NCBI RefSeq assembly: GCF_009914755.1
Contig: NC_060930.1
Source of the DNA: the human T2T-CHM13v2.0 reference genome, Homo sapiens
Strand: one strand, 5' to 3'
DNA: 64,000 nt
Shown here: piece after piece, positions 47,845 through 62,685 of the stretch
Position numbering within the stretch: position 1 is the first letter of the stretch
How the letters are laid out: each line of letters opens with the position of its first letter
The notes under the pieces: generated by a model
What the model was told of the DNA's origin: nothing
Seen by the model: only the letters and a program-made list of their open reading frames with translations
The model's database searches: none
Position numbers and translations under genes: made by a program

Positions 47845-48500
47845 AAGAGTTATTTTTTAAGAGCAATTTTAGATTCACAGCAAAATTGAGAGATAGACAT
47901 GGAGATTTTCCACATACCCACTGACCTCAAACAAGCATAGCCTTCCCCATTGCCAACATCCCCATCAGAGTTGTACATTTTTTACAATTGATGACCTATG
48001 TTAACACATTGTCATCACTCAAAGTCCATGGTTTACATCAGTGTTCACTCTTAGTGTTGTACCTTCTGTGGGTTGTATGATGACATGTATCTACCACTAT
48101 AATATCTTGCAGAGTATTTCCACTGTCCTAGAAATTTTCTGTGCTTCATCTGTTTGTCTCCCCTCACTTCAACCCCTGGCAAACACTGATAGCTTTATTG
48201 TATCCATAGTTTTATCTTTTCCAGAATGTCATATAATTGGAATTATGCAGTATGAAACCTTTTCAGATTGGCTTCCTTCACTTAGTACTATGTATTTAAG
48301 ATTCCTCCATGTCTTTTCATGGCTTGATAACTCATTTCTATTTAATGCTGAATAATACTCCATTGTTTGGAAGTAACACAGTTTATTTATTCATTCACCT
48401 GCAGAAAGGTATCTTGGTTGCTTCTAAGTTTTGACAGTTATGAATAAAGTTGCTGTAAACATCCATGTGCAGGTTTTGGTGTGCAAATAAGTTTCAACTT
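47845..48500 (-). mobile_element. Old L1 (L1MC/MD-type) 3' end
   Basis: tttagattcacagcaaaattgag...tcaaagtccatggtttacat...aaacatccatgtgcagg. Confidence 0.8.
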
Positions 48501-48504
48501 ATTC

Positions 48505-51500
48505 ATCTGGTAGTAATTGTTTTATAAATTTGGGAGCTCCAGTGTTAGATGCATATTATTTAGGATTGTGATATTTTCCTGTTGGAGTAGTCCTTTTATC
48601 ATTATGTAATATCCCCCTTTGACTTTTTAAATTGTTGTTGCTTTAAAGTCTGTTTTGTCTGAGAATACCTACTCCTGCTAGCTTTGGTTTCCATTTGCAT
48701 GAAATATCTTTCTCCATCCCTTTACCTTAAGTTTATGTGAGTCCTTAGGTGTTAAGTGAGTCTCTTGAAGACAGACAGTAGATACTTGGTTGGTAGATTT
48801 TTATTTATTCTGTATCTCTTAAGTGGAGCGTTTAAGCCATATACATTTAACATTAGCATTGAGATGTGAGGTACTGTTTTATTCATCATGTTGTTGCCTG
48901 AATACCTTTTTTTTAAAGTTGTCTTTTTTTAATAGGCCTTGTGAGATTTATACTTTATAGGGAGGTTCTATTTTGGTATATTTCAAGGTTTTGTTTCAAG
49001 ATTTAGAACTCCTTTTAGAAGTTCTTGTAGTGCTAGCTTGGTAGTGGAGAATTCTTTCAGCATTTGTTTATCTGAAAAAGACTTTATCTCTCCTCTATTT
49101 ATGAAGGTTAGTTTTGCGGCATACAAAATTCTTGGCTGATAATTATTTTATTTAAGGAGGCTAAAGATAGGACCCTAATCCCTCTTGGCTTGTAGGGTTT
49201 CTGCTGAGAAATCTGCTGTTAATCTGAGAGGTTTTCCTTTATAGGTTACCTGATGCTTTTGCCTCACAACTCTGAAGATTCTTTCCTTTGTCTTGACTTT
49301 AGATAACTTGATGACCACGTGCCTAGGAGATGATCTTTTTGCAATAAATTTCCCAGGTGTTCTTTGAGCTTTTTGTATTTGAATGTCTAGATCTCTAGCA
49401 AGGACAGGGAAGTTTTTCTCTATTATCCCCTCTAATAAGTTTTCTGAACTTTCAGATTTTTCTTCTTCCTCAGGAACACCAATTATTCTTAGGTTTGGTC
49501 GTTTAACATAATCCCAAATTTCTTGGAGGCTTTGTTCATTTTTCTTTGTCTTTCGGTTAATTTGTAAGCCTTGTCTTTGAGCTCTGAAGTTCTTTCTTCT
49601 ACTTGTTATAGTCTATTGTTGAAACTTTGCAGTGTATTTTTTATTTCTCTTAGTGTGTCTTTCATTTCCAGAACTTGTGACTGTTTTTTCTTTATGATAT
49701 TTATTTCTCTGTATACCTTTTCATCCATATCCTGCACTGTTTTTTTTTAAATTTTCTTTAAGTTGTTTTTCTACCTTTTCTGGTACCTCCTTGAGTACCT
49801 TAATAATCAACCTTCTGAATTCCTTATCTGGCAATCAGGGATTTTTTTCTTCGTTTGAATCTATTGTTGGAGAGCGAGTGTGATCTTTTGGGGGTGTTAC
49901 AGAACCTTGTTTTGCCATATTACCATAATTGCTTTTCTGGTTCCTTCTCATTTTGGTAGTGTTTCAGTGGAAAGAACTGGAACTCAAGGGCTGCTGTTCA
50001 GATTCTTTTGTCCTGTGGGCTGATCCCTTGATGTGATGTTCTCCCCTTCACCTGGAGATGGGACTTCCTGAGAGAGCTGGACTGCAGTTCTTGTTATTGT
50101 CTTTCTTGCTTTAGCCACTCAGCGGGGCTGCTGGGCTCTGGGCTGATGCTGGGGAATGTCTGCAAAGAGTCCTGTGAGGTGATATGTCTTCATATCTCCT
50201 AGCTGTGGATGCCAGCACCTGCTCCAGTATAGGTGGCAAGGGAGTTAAGTGTACTCTATGATAGTCCTTGGTTGTCGTTTTGTTTAGTGTGCTGGTTTTT
50301 TCGAATGCTGGTTATGCCAGCAGTGAAGTTGTTATGTGGACAGACTTAGAACCTCTGGTTAGTCAGGATGTTGTAGATGGTAGAATTAGCTGTTTTCTCC
50401 TTTTTTGGAGCAGGGTTATTCTGTTATGTCTTGAGTTGGTTGGCCTCTACCCAGGAGGTGGTGCTTTTAAAAGAGTGCCAGCTGTGGTAGTAGAAGGGGG
50501 ATACAAGTTTGTTCTTTGTTGGCCAGGATGAGTACTTGGGTTCTTCAGGCAATGGATGGGGCTTTAGAGTTCTCAAGGGTTTATGTATTTTGGCTCAGGC
50601 TACCAGGGTGGGTAGTGAAAAACCATGAGGTGGGGGCAGGCCTAGGCAGGTCTGAGCTCAGACTCTCCTTGAGCAGGGCTTGCCGAGGCCACTGTGGGTG
50701 ATGTTCCGGGGCATTACAGCTGCCTCTGCTGTGTCATACTGGTCGCCAGGGAAGGGGGGAAAGCCGGCAGTGACAGGCCTCACCTAGCTTCCACGCAGCC
50801 AGCAAGGCCAATCTCACTCCTGCCATGCCCCACCAACAGCACACGTTTATATTCAGGCAGCTGGGGAGAGCGGATAGATCTTGCCCCAGACTACAAGCCT
50901 TCCTGCTGAGAAAACAAGCAGGGCTCTCAGGCCTTGCCCTTTTCCGTCTGCCTGCACCATCAGCTGTGGCTTCTGTGCTTGTATCTGCAAGTTATATGTG
51001 CACTTCCCATTTGCCCCCTGGACTCTGCTCAGGAAAATTTGTACTCAGTTGAACGTATTATGAAGTTCAGCTAGAAGCTTCTTTCATCCTATGGCCCCTC
51101 CCTAATTCCACTGGCTGCCTTCCCCAAGGACCCCTGTGAGATAAGTCAGGGATGGCTTTCTCTGGTTTGAGCCGGGAACTGGGAGTGCCTACAGGGCGCT
51201 TCCCGCTCCTTCTTCTACTTTGATATTTCACTTGGCTGCCTAAATCCATTTTAACTTCAGATGAGATTAAATTCTTCTCCTGTGATCTGGATTTTTAGGT
51301 TCCCCAGTGGGGATGTCTGTTCAGAGGCAGACTTTTCCCCCACTCACACTTTGGGAACTTACAGTTTTTCAGCTGTCTCATGGAGTTTGCAGTGTCAAGC
51401 TACTTCTTTCAAAGTAAGTAGCCTGTGAATTCTTTTGGTTTTCCTGGTAGGTTCCTGTGGTGGTTCTTGGAGGAAAAGTTTACAGTGTGAGTCTCCACAC

Positions 51501-51570
51501 ACTGTTCTGTCTGTCCAAATGGGAGCTACATGTTAGTCCTGTCTTGTATCTACCATTTTCTCCATGTTGG
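48505..51570 (-). mobile_element. L1PB-type 5' half (5' UTR, ORF1, start of ORF2)
   Basis: Reverse ORF1 text (gtttctgctgagaaatctgctgttaatctg) and a GC-richer 5' UTR ending ...gttagtcctgtcttgtatctaccatttt. Confidence 0.85.
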
Positions 51571-51929
51571 TAATTTAGATCTTTGTATTTCCTCTAGCTT
51601 TTAAAATTTTAGTAGTATAAAATTTTCTTTGCAGTATCATTTGATTAAATGTGTTAATACATGTATTTGGAATCATGCCTGACACATAGTAAATGCTTAA
51701 TACATTTTAATGGTGTTATTAAAAGTTGTTGCTATTATTATCATATAAAAATCTCCTATGATTTATTTTAATATTAACACTTAAACCTAAGCTTTTATTT
51801 AGAATGTTGGGGGCATGAGAACTAATTAGAAGAAGTATTCTAACTCAGTAGAGAGGGTAGGGGTAAGGGTCTGTAAAACATTAGCAAGTGGGGTCAGCTG
51901 ATATTTAGCCAGTTTCAGAGTTAGTCTAA

Positions 51930-53222
51930 AACTACCAACAGAGTAAACAGGCAACCTATAGAAGGGGAGAAAATATTTGCAAACTATGCATCTAACAAAG
52001 GTCTAATATACAGAATCTGAGGAACTTGAACAAACTTACAACCCAAAAACAACCCCAAGCAAAAAAGTGGGCAAAGGACATGAACAGACACTTTTCAGAA
52101 GAAAGACAATCATGTAGCCAACAAGCATACGAGAAAATGCTCAACATCACCCATCATTAGAGAAATGCAAATCAAAACCACAGTGAGATACCATCTCACA
52201 CCAGTCAGAATAGCTATTATTAAAAAGTCAGAAATTAAGAGATGCTGGTGAAGTTGTGGAGAAAAGGGAACATTTATACACTGCTGGTGGAAATGTCAAC
52301 TGGTTTAGCCATTGTGGAAAGCAGTTTTGTGTTTTCTCAAAGAACTTAAAAAAGAATTACCATTCAACCCAGCAATCCCATTATTGAATATATGCCCAAA
52401 GGAATATGAGTCATTCTACCATAAAGACACATGCACGTTTATGTTCACTGCAGCACTATTCACAATAGCAAAGACGTAAAATCAACCTAAATGCCCATCA
52501 ATGATAGACTGGGTAAAGAAAATGTAGTATATATACACCATGGAAAACTCTACAGGCATAAAAAAGAATGAGATATGTCCTTTGCAGGACATATCTGGAG
52601 GCCATTATCCATAGCAAAACATTATCCACTATAGCTGGAGGCCATTATCCTTAGCAAACTAACACATGAACACAAAACCAAATACCACATGTTCTCACTT
52701 ATAAGTGGAAGGTAAACATTGAGTACACACAGAAAAGAGAACAACAGACACTGGGGATCTACCTGAGGGTGGAGGGTGGAAGGAGGGTGAGGATCAGAAT
52801 AATACCTATCACTGAGGTTGGTGGATCGCTTGAGCCAAGGGTTTGAGACCAGCCTGGGCAACATGGTGAGACCCCCGTCTCTACAAAAAAAATACAAAAT
52901 TTAGCCAGGTGTGGTGGTGTACTCCCATAGTGCCAGATTCTTGCGAGGTTGAGATGGGAAGATCACTCGAGCCTGGGAGGTGGAGGTTGCAAGTGAGCCG
53001 AGATTGCACCACTGCACTCCAGCCTGGGCGATAGGGTGACACCCTGTCTTAAAAAACCCTCCAAAACCCCAAAACCCAAAAAACAAACTACCAATCGCTT
53101 ACTATGCTTATTACCTGGGTGATGAAATAATTTGTATACCAAGCCCCCCTGACATGCAATTTACCTATATGGCAAACCTGCACATGTACCCTTGAACATA
53201 AAATAAAAATAAAAATAAAAAA
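51930..53222 (+). mobile_element. Older L1PA (approx. PA13-16) 3' fragment, interrupted by an Alu
   Basis: ORF2 end and 3' UTR (gcaaacctgcacatgtaccccttgaac) with A tail. Confidence 0.9.
52811..53085 (+). mobile_element. 5'-truncated Alu nested in the L1 3' UTR
   Basis: Alu body between tacctatc and taccaatc. Confidence 0.9.
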
Positions 53223-55934
53223 AGGTTTTCTGAAAAGAGAGGAATTGTTTTTGCAGTTTAGTAGCCATTGATGGGGTGGTTCAGATTTAGCAAGAGAGGT
53301 GGATAGAAACAGTTGCTGGGTCTGTGGTCATATGAGGGCCACTGTGGTACATTTTTAGTCTTTCTGAGACTCTTACAGATTATTTAGAATTATTTACAAC
53401 ATATTCTAACATATTTGGGAGTGTATTTTATCATTTTAAATCAAGCCATAATCTTCCACTTTTTGACTACAGGCCATTCCTAATGTGTTTCTCAGAATGT
53501 GTGCAAAGTCAAATATCTGGAAGTCAAATATTTACTTACATTTAATAAATAGATTTCTTTACCAAGAGAGCTAAAATAAAATTCTATTTAAACTTCACCT
53601 TTTATACACGGTTGTCAGTAATATAGTTTCCAACATTTTATATATACCTTTAATTTTTTTCTTTTTGAATTGATCAGTTCAAGTGACTTAAATGCACTGA
53701 GCATCCAGCTGAGGTTAAAAATTTACTGTGTGCAACATAGCAAATAATTTCTCACTTGACCCTTACTTATTCTCTTTGGTGATAAGAGTGTTTTCACTTT
53801 TCTGTTTTTTACTTATAAAGTATTAAGGGCAAATAAGAATTCTAATAATATAGAAACATTGCTATACAGGCAGTGACATTAACAATGCCCAAACTGAACA
53901 CTTGACTAGCAGAAAGGGTGTTGAGCTTCCATTCTTACAGCTAGCTTATCTTCAGAATTTCAAATTTAGAATAAAAGGCATATAATAAGCCCTTTAGGAG
54001 TTTTCATCTACACTATATATATAACTGTGTGTTGAGCATAAGTTGAAAATATGAAAATTTAGGTCTGCCCATACTTAGAGGCAGATAGGTAGAAAACACT
54101 AAACTCTTAAGGCCATTAGGTATTTAGTAATTTTTATGTACAGTTACTTTTTAAAGCTAGAAATAAAGTTGTAGGCTTATAAAAATTACAGTTGAGAAAA
54201 TTTTCTCAGTAATATATATTTTAGAACATTTATTAATTTTATTAATACCCTTTCAGCATCTCTCAGTGTTGAACTTGAATTTATGAATTCTAGCTAATTT
54301 ATATATCTTTAGCACTGAATATAGCTAGGGTATGAAGTGATTAATATTGGACTACAAATAATAGTTTCTGGCTATGTAAATAAACTTGGAGTTCTTCATT
54401 TTTTGTAGTATTAATGCATGATTTAATATGAAGGAATTTATGTTCAAGAAAAATACAGATTTCTAATGGAGGAGTGATATATAGTAATGCACTGAGGCAG
54501 ATGGTGGATGATAAGTATGTATAGATCACACCTGCTTTATGGAATGTAAAGCTTGATTCGTGTGTAAAAAATTAATTTGAGAAAATGGTAGGGAATGGCT
54601 GGGAGTCTGTGAGAGAATTCTAGATTTAACACTTTGATTAGTCTCAGGAAAAACAGCCATTATATAATCTTAGGTTATATTTTCTATTTTTAAACAAATA
54701 TGGCAAGCATAACACCTCCCTTTTTAAAATACACAGTTTTTGCAATTTTTCAAGACTTAGGGAAAGGATCAAGCTTGATATATGTTTATATTTAATACTT
54801 CTGAAACCCATTTTGGGCAGATTTCTATCTACTATAACAGTGGTTATGAGCTTGGACCGCTGAGTGGCCACACTATCTATAACCGAGTTCTTTAATATGT
54901 CTTTGCCTGTTTTCTCATCTGTAGCATTGGGATAAATCTAGTAGCAGTCACATTGAGTTGTAAGGATAAAAGGTGATACTTTAAAGGTGCTTAAACGTGC
55001 CTAATATGTTGAAAGGGCTCACTAAATATTAGCTTTTCTCATTATTGTTAATATATTGGAGTTTTATTTCATAAAAGGTGACCTTTTCATCTAAGTGCTA
55101 TTTATAATTTAAATCTCTGTTAGGTCTTTGTTAGTTGTCTGTCATCCTCACACTTGCCCTTCTGTGTTTTCTTCTGTAATTCATGGGTTGGAAGCAAGTA
55201 AACTGTATTTTCCTCACCCCTTTGCTAGCTGAGTTTCATTAGAGGGTGGGAGGAAGGTAGAAAGGACGCCACTGAGGTTTTTGAGGCACCTTTGGTAGTG
55301 GCAGTTGAGGAGACTTCGCTGTGTTGCAGTGACCGTTGTTCCACAGTGTAGATGGCAGCGATGTTGGTGGCAGGGCATTTAATAGGGATGGGTCTGCTCA
55401 GCAGCAGCCAATGGTGGTTCCAGCACTGATAGTGGCTCCTGTGGGCTGTTGGGTCCAGCTCAGAGATGGTAGCAGCTTCCTGATCCCTGGTTTGCATTGT
55501 TTAACCATTTGTTACTCTAGCCCTTCCAAAGTCTTTGTAACAGATTCCCTGAATTAAATTAAATTTTTCTGGAGAGGTTGCCCTCGAGAAGAGGGTGCTC
55601 ATCAATAAAATCAACAGTTGTCATTTAATGTTAGATATGCAATAAGGAATTTTGCAGTCTAATAAATATAGCATGTATTCCCCGTATATCTTTCTTACCT
55701 GAAAATAATTGTGTTTTGTCAGTGTGTCCCAGTGACTTTTTCTGTCTCCTCTGCATTTAGGAAGTCAGTGGACACAGCTAGTGCTTGGTGTCTAGGGGGA
55801 ATTGTTGCTCCTCATGGGTAATATTGGATTTATGAAAACTGAGGGACTTACATTACCAAAAGCATGATGTGAAAAATATATTAAATATATACTAATATTT
55901 CAATGATTTAAAGTCATCTACCCAATAGAAGCCA

Positions 55935-56650
55935 CTATATTTCATTGATTCTAAGCTACCCCTTCCCCCCCTCATGTTTTAATATCTCTGGTATTGGATT
56001 GTGACTTAAAAACAGTAGCATGTTGCAGTCATCTCATCCAGTGGCCAGTAGTTGCTGTTATCTGCTTATGTGCCAATATAAAAATCATAATACAGCTTAG
56101 AATAAAATTCCAGAGACACCAGAGAAGGTGTCTCTTTTGACAAGTTGAAGACTCTTTTGACAAGGAGATGCTAAATGGTTGTGGTGAGGTAGAAGGGTGG
56201 GGAAGTGGGAAATCACAGTAGTTTAACAACCCTTGGAAGCAGGAGTCTAAAGTAGGCTGTGCCTAATTACTGAGCTAGCTTGAGAGCTTAGCATCAATCT
56301 TTCAATTTTTTAATGAATTCATTTAAAAAAGTGCTGCATCACTGATGTGCTTGGTGACACAGAAAATGAGATTCTCTGGAGAAATGTGGACACTGATATA
56401 TGTCAAAGAGTGAGGGAGAAGAATTACATTTGGATTTCTTCATGAATTTTAGGAATTGATTAAACCAACTTATTTTGCTTATGTTTTGTTTTTATGTCTG
56501 TGTCAGTGTGATAGATAATAAAAACCCATATCTAATTAAGTCTTTTTTCTTTCAATAAGAATAAAATAAAAGTTCTAAAAAGTGTATCAGTTTAATTAGC
56601 AGTTTTTTTTCTAATGGTTCATACAATAATGATGCCCTTTATTGAAATAT
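55935..56650 (+). mobile_element. TcMar (Tc2/pogo; Kanga/MER104-like) DNA transposon fossil
   Basis: Terminal ctatatttcattgattctaag. At 56319-56378 a frameshifted SFKK/CCITDVLGDTENEILW resembles the pogo-type transposase C-terminal motif SFKKCCISNALDGTEDD. Confidence 0.65.
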
Positions 56651-57218
56651 TTTTTTCTATCTCTGTATAATTCTTTTTGTTAGGTAATATTTTTTCCCTT
56701 TTAAACTCTATGTGCTGATGTAGAATGGCTTTAAAATATCGCCCTTTTATTCAGTGTTCAATTTTTTTTTTGCGCCAGTTTTCCAATTTACCTTGTAAAA
56801 TTGACACCCTATGAACAAAGTTTATTCTATATGTGTAGCTCCTTGCTATAGAAAATGCATTGGAAAATATTTACCAAAGGAATTCAAATATATTAAACAT
56901 GAAAGACAAACAATTGCCAGTAAAACTGGTGATAGGAGAACTTTTGCTACACTATTAAATGCTGCATACCAGAGAGTACAGTATACAAACAAACAAAAAA
57001 CCCTAAGGGTAATTGCAAAGATTGAACAAGTTGTGTTATAAATGTGGCCAAATTTTAATGTGTTGTGTGTTAAATATACTGATGCATATTATGGAATATC
57101 AGTCTCATCAAAGCTTCTTTTTTTGTTTACATTAAATGAGACAGGGAAATGTAATGAAGTTAATTTGGAAATTTTATAAGAAATATGAAGGTGCCTTATC
57201 ATATCATTACTTTTGTGA

Positions 57219-57531
<313 letters not shown>

Positions 57532-57847
57532 AAATATTTGGCAACTATTTTGAAAAGATTCCTAATTTATCTCATTATGCAAAAGAACTGGAAATGTGAG
57601 ACTTACCAGTTAATTAATTATTGAAGAAAAAAATTAGACTGCATTTGAGTTTAAGTGGGTCCAAGACTTTCTGTTTCAAGTTAATATTGCTGTTCATTTA
57701 AAAATAACAGGTGATTTTTTTTTAATTTTCAGTGTTACTCAGTGATAATAAGAAAACATTATCCTCTGAAACAATAACAGTATAAAACATTTACGACCTT
57801 AAAATCATGTTTTATATGTACAAGTATCTCAGTTTAAGAAGTCTCCT

Positions 57848-58149
57848 GGCCAGGCGTGATGGCTCACGCCTGTAATCCCAGCACTTTGGGAGGCCGAGGC
57901 TGACGAATCACCTGAGGTCAGGAGTTCAAGGCCAGCCTGGCCAACATGGCAAAACCCTGTATCTACTAAAAAATAAAAAAACTAGCTGGGTGTGGTGGCG
58001 GGCACCTGTAATCCCAGCTACTCAGGAGGCTGAGACAGGAGAATTGCATGAACCCAGGAGGTGGAGATTGCAGTGAGCCGGGACTGTGCCACTGCACTCT
58101 AGCCTGGGCAACAGAGCGAGACTCTGTCTCAAAAAAAAAAAAAAAAAAA
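57848..58149 (+). mobile_element. AluSx-type
   Basis: Full dimer; TSD aagtctcct. Confidence 0.95.
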
Positions 58150-58639
58150 GTCTCCTGGTTACATGAAAGATATTAGCTGATTATGACTTGATATATTTAG
58201 ACTGTTGATTGGTCATTGGTTTTCATTTAGTGGTCAAGAGTGTCTAGCAAAATGCTGACTGGCATATGCAGACACTGAATTTACATCTTCACATATTCAT
58301 GTCTCTCAATATTCAGAACTCAGTTAAATTTATCCAGGAAGATAAGGAGGTCATAAATAGAATACCAAATGTGGTTTTGCTTCTTTTACAGTTAGAGAGC
58401 TTTGTTAATATCCTCATTTTCTTCATTTGTACTAGCATTTCCAAACAGAATTTGTTTCACAAGGAAGTATCAATGTATAGTGTCTCTGTCAGGCCTTGCA
58501 TTAAGCCCAGTTTCTCATAGTCGGTTTTCAATGACATTTCTAATTTGGTATACTTTCTGTTATATCACAACTTATTTTCCCAGCCATCTAAGGGAGACTT
58601 GTTAAGGTGGGTCAACCTCATTTTTGTTTTTGATTTTAA

Positions 58640-59130
58640 TATTAAAAATTTTGTTAAAATTTTTATTTCGAAATAGTTCAAACAAAAAGATTGCAAAAAT
58701 AGTATGAAGAATTCATATGTACCTTTCACTCAGCATTCCCCCATGTTAACCTCATACATAACCACGGTAATATTGATCAATACCAGGACATTAGCATGGA
58801 TACAATACTATTAACTGCTCTGTTCACTTAATTCCAATTTCGTTAATTGCCCCACTAATGTCCTTTCTTTGGACTGAGATTCTATCCAGAGTCTATTTAT
58901 CGTTCTTTCTCCTTAGTTTCCTTTATTCTGGGGAAGACAGTTCCTTTGTCTTTTTTGTCTGTCATGGTCGCCACATTTGGTCAGCTCTTTTGTAGACTGC
59001 TCCTCAAATTGGATTTGTCTGATGTTTCCTCATGATTAAACTCAAGTTATGTCTTTTTGGCAAGAATATTATAGAAGTGATACAAGTGACAGAGTGTCCA
59101 TTTCAGTGCATCATATGAGATGATGTTTAC
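58640..59130 (-). mobile_element. Ancient L1MC/ME 3' fragment
   Basis: ttgcaaaaatagtatgaagaattcatatgtacctttcactcag; ttggatttgtctgatgtttcctcatgatt. Confidence 0.7.
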
Positions 59131-62100
59131 TTGTTTTTACTCTTCTGTTATGAATATGTACCCCACTGCTAAGAATGCCAGCTTTTAGCCTTTGTGCAGC
59201 TAATTATATTTATTTTTCAAGATTTGCCTTTTTAAAATGGTTTTCTTTATTTGCTGCACTTCATTTGATCTCTCACTTCTTTGCCTTCCTTTTGCCATAA
59301 TACTCAGTAAAACCTTGTCATGCTTATGGCTTGAAAGTCTATATTGTGTTGTGGGAGCCTCACCCACTGTTGCTCCCAGGAGTCCTCTCTGGTTTATTCC
59401 CTTGGGACACTGAGACTTATTATACCAATTTATTTTGTCCAAACATGCTCTCAATAATCACTGTGGGTTAAGTACTACCAAAGGTTGGCACTTAATTATT
59501 ATTTTATTTATTGAAAGTTAATTTTATCTTCTAATTAGATGGTATCTTCTTGCCAGCGTGGACAATTCTACAGATTTTTTTTTTGATTACTTGGAGACAG
59601 AAACAAATATTTTTAATAGTATCTTGATTTAGTCTTTCTAATATAGACTGTTAATCTTTAGATTTTTCGATAATTTAAGGTGAAGGGGGAGGAAAAGATT
59701 GGGTACAACTGTGTTTAGGGAATAATTTAAAAGTGATTACTAGAAGAAAGTGCACTTAGTTTTCTTGTTCATATATTCTTTCTTATCTCTAGCATCAGTG
59801 CTAAAAGTAACAGTTGGTATAGAAGTGAAAATTGTCAAAAAAAGACTGATTAATAACCTCAAAGCTGAAAGGAGATTACTAATTCAGAAAATGACAGTTG
59901 TAATATAGAAATCCAATATTAGTTTATAGTTGATTATCAGTTTTATACAGAAAATAATAGTGAAAAGAATAACTCTTTTTTTAGCCTTAATGACTCTGTC
60001 ATTGAATTACTTCAAATTGTGATGATATTTTCTTCCTAAGAGCTGATTAATTTAATGTGTTCACACTTTGTTCCAATAATGGTCCTAAGATTACAGGTGG
60101 AATACTGGGACACAAAAATAACACAATATTTTGTCAGAGATGACCAAACTCATTAGATACAGAGACAAAGCCAGAATTGGGTTTCTGGTTGGGTAGATTT
60201 ACGCCCCTCCTACCTTTCCCCATTAGACTGAATTTTAACAAACCAGACAGGCTTTCTCAGGTATGGAGACTTCAAATATGCTGCTGTAATCAGACAGCAT
60301 GAGCTAACATATTTTAGGAATATACTTGACTTCATTTTAAATAGAGAACATTTATGTTTTCTCACTATTTCATGTGTAATGCAATATGAATAAAGCCCTA
60401 TCCGAGTTTCATGTTTGTGGGGAAACTAGCATTACTGCAGATTAGTGACAGGGCAGAGAAATGACCTTATTATCTCTGTAATGGTAATAGTGTGCTTCAC
60501 AGGGAAACTTGTGTTGTTAAGAGTGAGTTGTTATTTTGTTGCAGATGCTTTCTGCACAAGTTATTAATATATTGAATCAGAAGGATTGGAAAGTGCTATC
60601 TAGGGACTTAGGAATATAATTTATAAGTTTCAGTATTCACCTTTACTTGAAATATGTAAATCTGATTTTGTAGATGTATACACAAGCATAAACATGGTTT
60701 CACGCTTGTGTATACCTTTTCTTTCTTTATGGAATATACTCTCTATTTTTCTTGTGTCAAGTACCTCTGTCTCTAAGACCCACAGCAGTTGTATCCTCCG
60801 TGATGAAACCTATCCCTGTAACCGAGTTGTTGCTTCCCTTTAGATTCCCAGAGCAATTTGTTCCCATTGCTATATTATGATTTTATTTGTTGGCTTATAA
60901 ATCTATTTCCATCTTTGTAACTCACAGTTGAGCGTGTGCTTCTCAATGGCAATTCAGTTTTTCAATTCATATTCCAGCATCTTGCATGATGCCTGCATAT
61001 ATTGAGTATGCAGCAACTATTCAATGAAAAATGTATATTAAACTTGGTATATATATATATTATTTACACACCTCACCTCTTCCAAAAATGTGTTTAAGAT
61101 GGATTATAAGCTATATAGCAAATTAGAAGAAAACTGGGAGAAAAAAGGAGGAGGATGGGAAATAGAATGGGGCCAAGGATGAGCAAATTCACAGCATGAA
61201 TCTCTAAGTGAATGTGTAGTATGAATGAGTGCTTTTGCATGTACACGGAAGTGTATATGTGGAAACTTACAATATACATTAAAAAAATCTATCCTGTTTG
61301 ATATTTGCATTTTTACAATTTTGGCCTTGAAAAGATTTCTTATTTTTCTGAGTTGTTCATTTTGTCACTATTTATCTGATGCTGAAGTGTTTCTCTGAGG
61401 AATGCTTATTAGTCCTAAGATTCTAATGTAATCAGCGTGTGGTGAAATAGAGCGGTGTCAGTTAGTCCCACTTCTGTGAAAATAGGAATCTGTAATATGA
61501 CTCTGTGTGGTGCTCTTTAGCTTCTGAAGATTCGTGCTCTAACTCCTGTCACCTGCTCTCTTCTAGAAAGCACATAGCCGTGGGGTAGGAATGCAACAAA
61601 GCTAACTTGGAATAATAACCTTTTCCTGGAATAAATATGTTTTAAATTAAATTTAACTAAGAAGTATCTATGAATTCTAGCTTCTCTCAGGTGACTTGTT
61701 TGCCAAATTTAAATAAATGGACATATTAAAATTAATTCTTATTCTCCTGTTCTCAGGATAATGTTTAAGCAAATCTAAGAGGAGGTTTTTTTTTCTTATT
61801 GTAAGTATGGTGTTTTTAAAATAGAGAATAAAACTTTGTTTGCTTTGTTATTCCTTAGTTAATTGTTAAAATAATGAGGCCTTATTATTTGGGGTAATTT
61901 ATTTAAGACAATAGAGCAATTAATTGCTCATTGGCAACCTGACAAAGGAAATGGGCCAAGATGCCAACCCATTTCTTGTGGTCTGCCAGCCCTTAGAATT
62001 GTGTGTTCCAGGGATTTGCTAATCACCAGCTGGTAACTGATTTACAAGGCTGGAAAGACAGGAGGACTCTTGAATCATGGCCACTTACAAGTAAGATGGA

Positions 62101-62329
62101 ATGTGTACTGGCTTTAAGCCTTGTCTACTGGCATTCAGATGTTGCTGCCAGGGGAAAGACTTGATGATGGCAAAGAGCCTGTGTGCTATCTTTGGTGCAT
62201 TTTTCCGATGTCATCAGCATTGTTCTTGACCCTCACTTTGGTTTAACAATTAAGACCTGCTAAGTAGAATATACTACTTCAGTGATATGTGTGTGCCTCT
62301 CTGTCTATTTGTCCACCCGCCCGTCCATT

Positions 62330-62408
62330 GATCTATCCATCTGTTCATCCATCCATCCATCCATCCATCCATCCATCCATCCATCCATCCGTCTATGCAT
62401 CTATCCAT
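62330..62408. repeat. (CCAT)n microsatellite
   Basis: About 11 near-perfect CATC units at 62346-62390 with degenerate flanks. Confidence 0.97.
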
Positions 62409-62477
62409 GCAATGAATACTGGGGTTAAGCCATCAATGAATGGGCTAGAATTAACCTCTGAAAGCATTGTTTACAAT

Positions 62478-62685
62478 TGGGGCTGGCAATCTTTTTCTGT
62501 AAACGAACAGATGGTAAATATTTTAGGTTTGCAGACCATACTGTCTTTGTTGGAACTAGTCAGTTCTGCTGTTGTAGGGTAGAAACAGCCGTAGACACTG
62601 TGTAAATCAATGGCATGGTTGTGAGCCAACGAAATGCTGTTTACAAAAAAATCAACTTGCAGCTATAGTTAGCCCACCCCTCATT
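62478..62685. mobile_element. MER58A hAT fossil
   Basis: ggggctggcaatctttttctgtaaa...gtaaatattttaggtttgcag...tagttagcccacccct. Confidence 0.75.
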
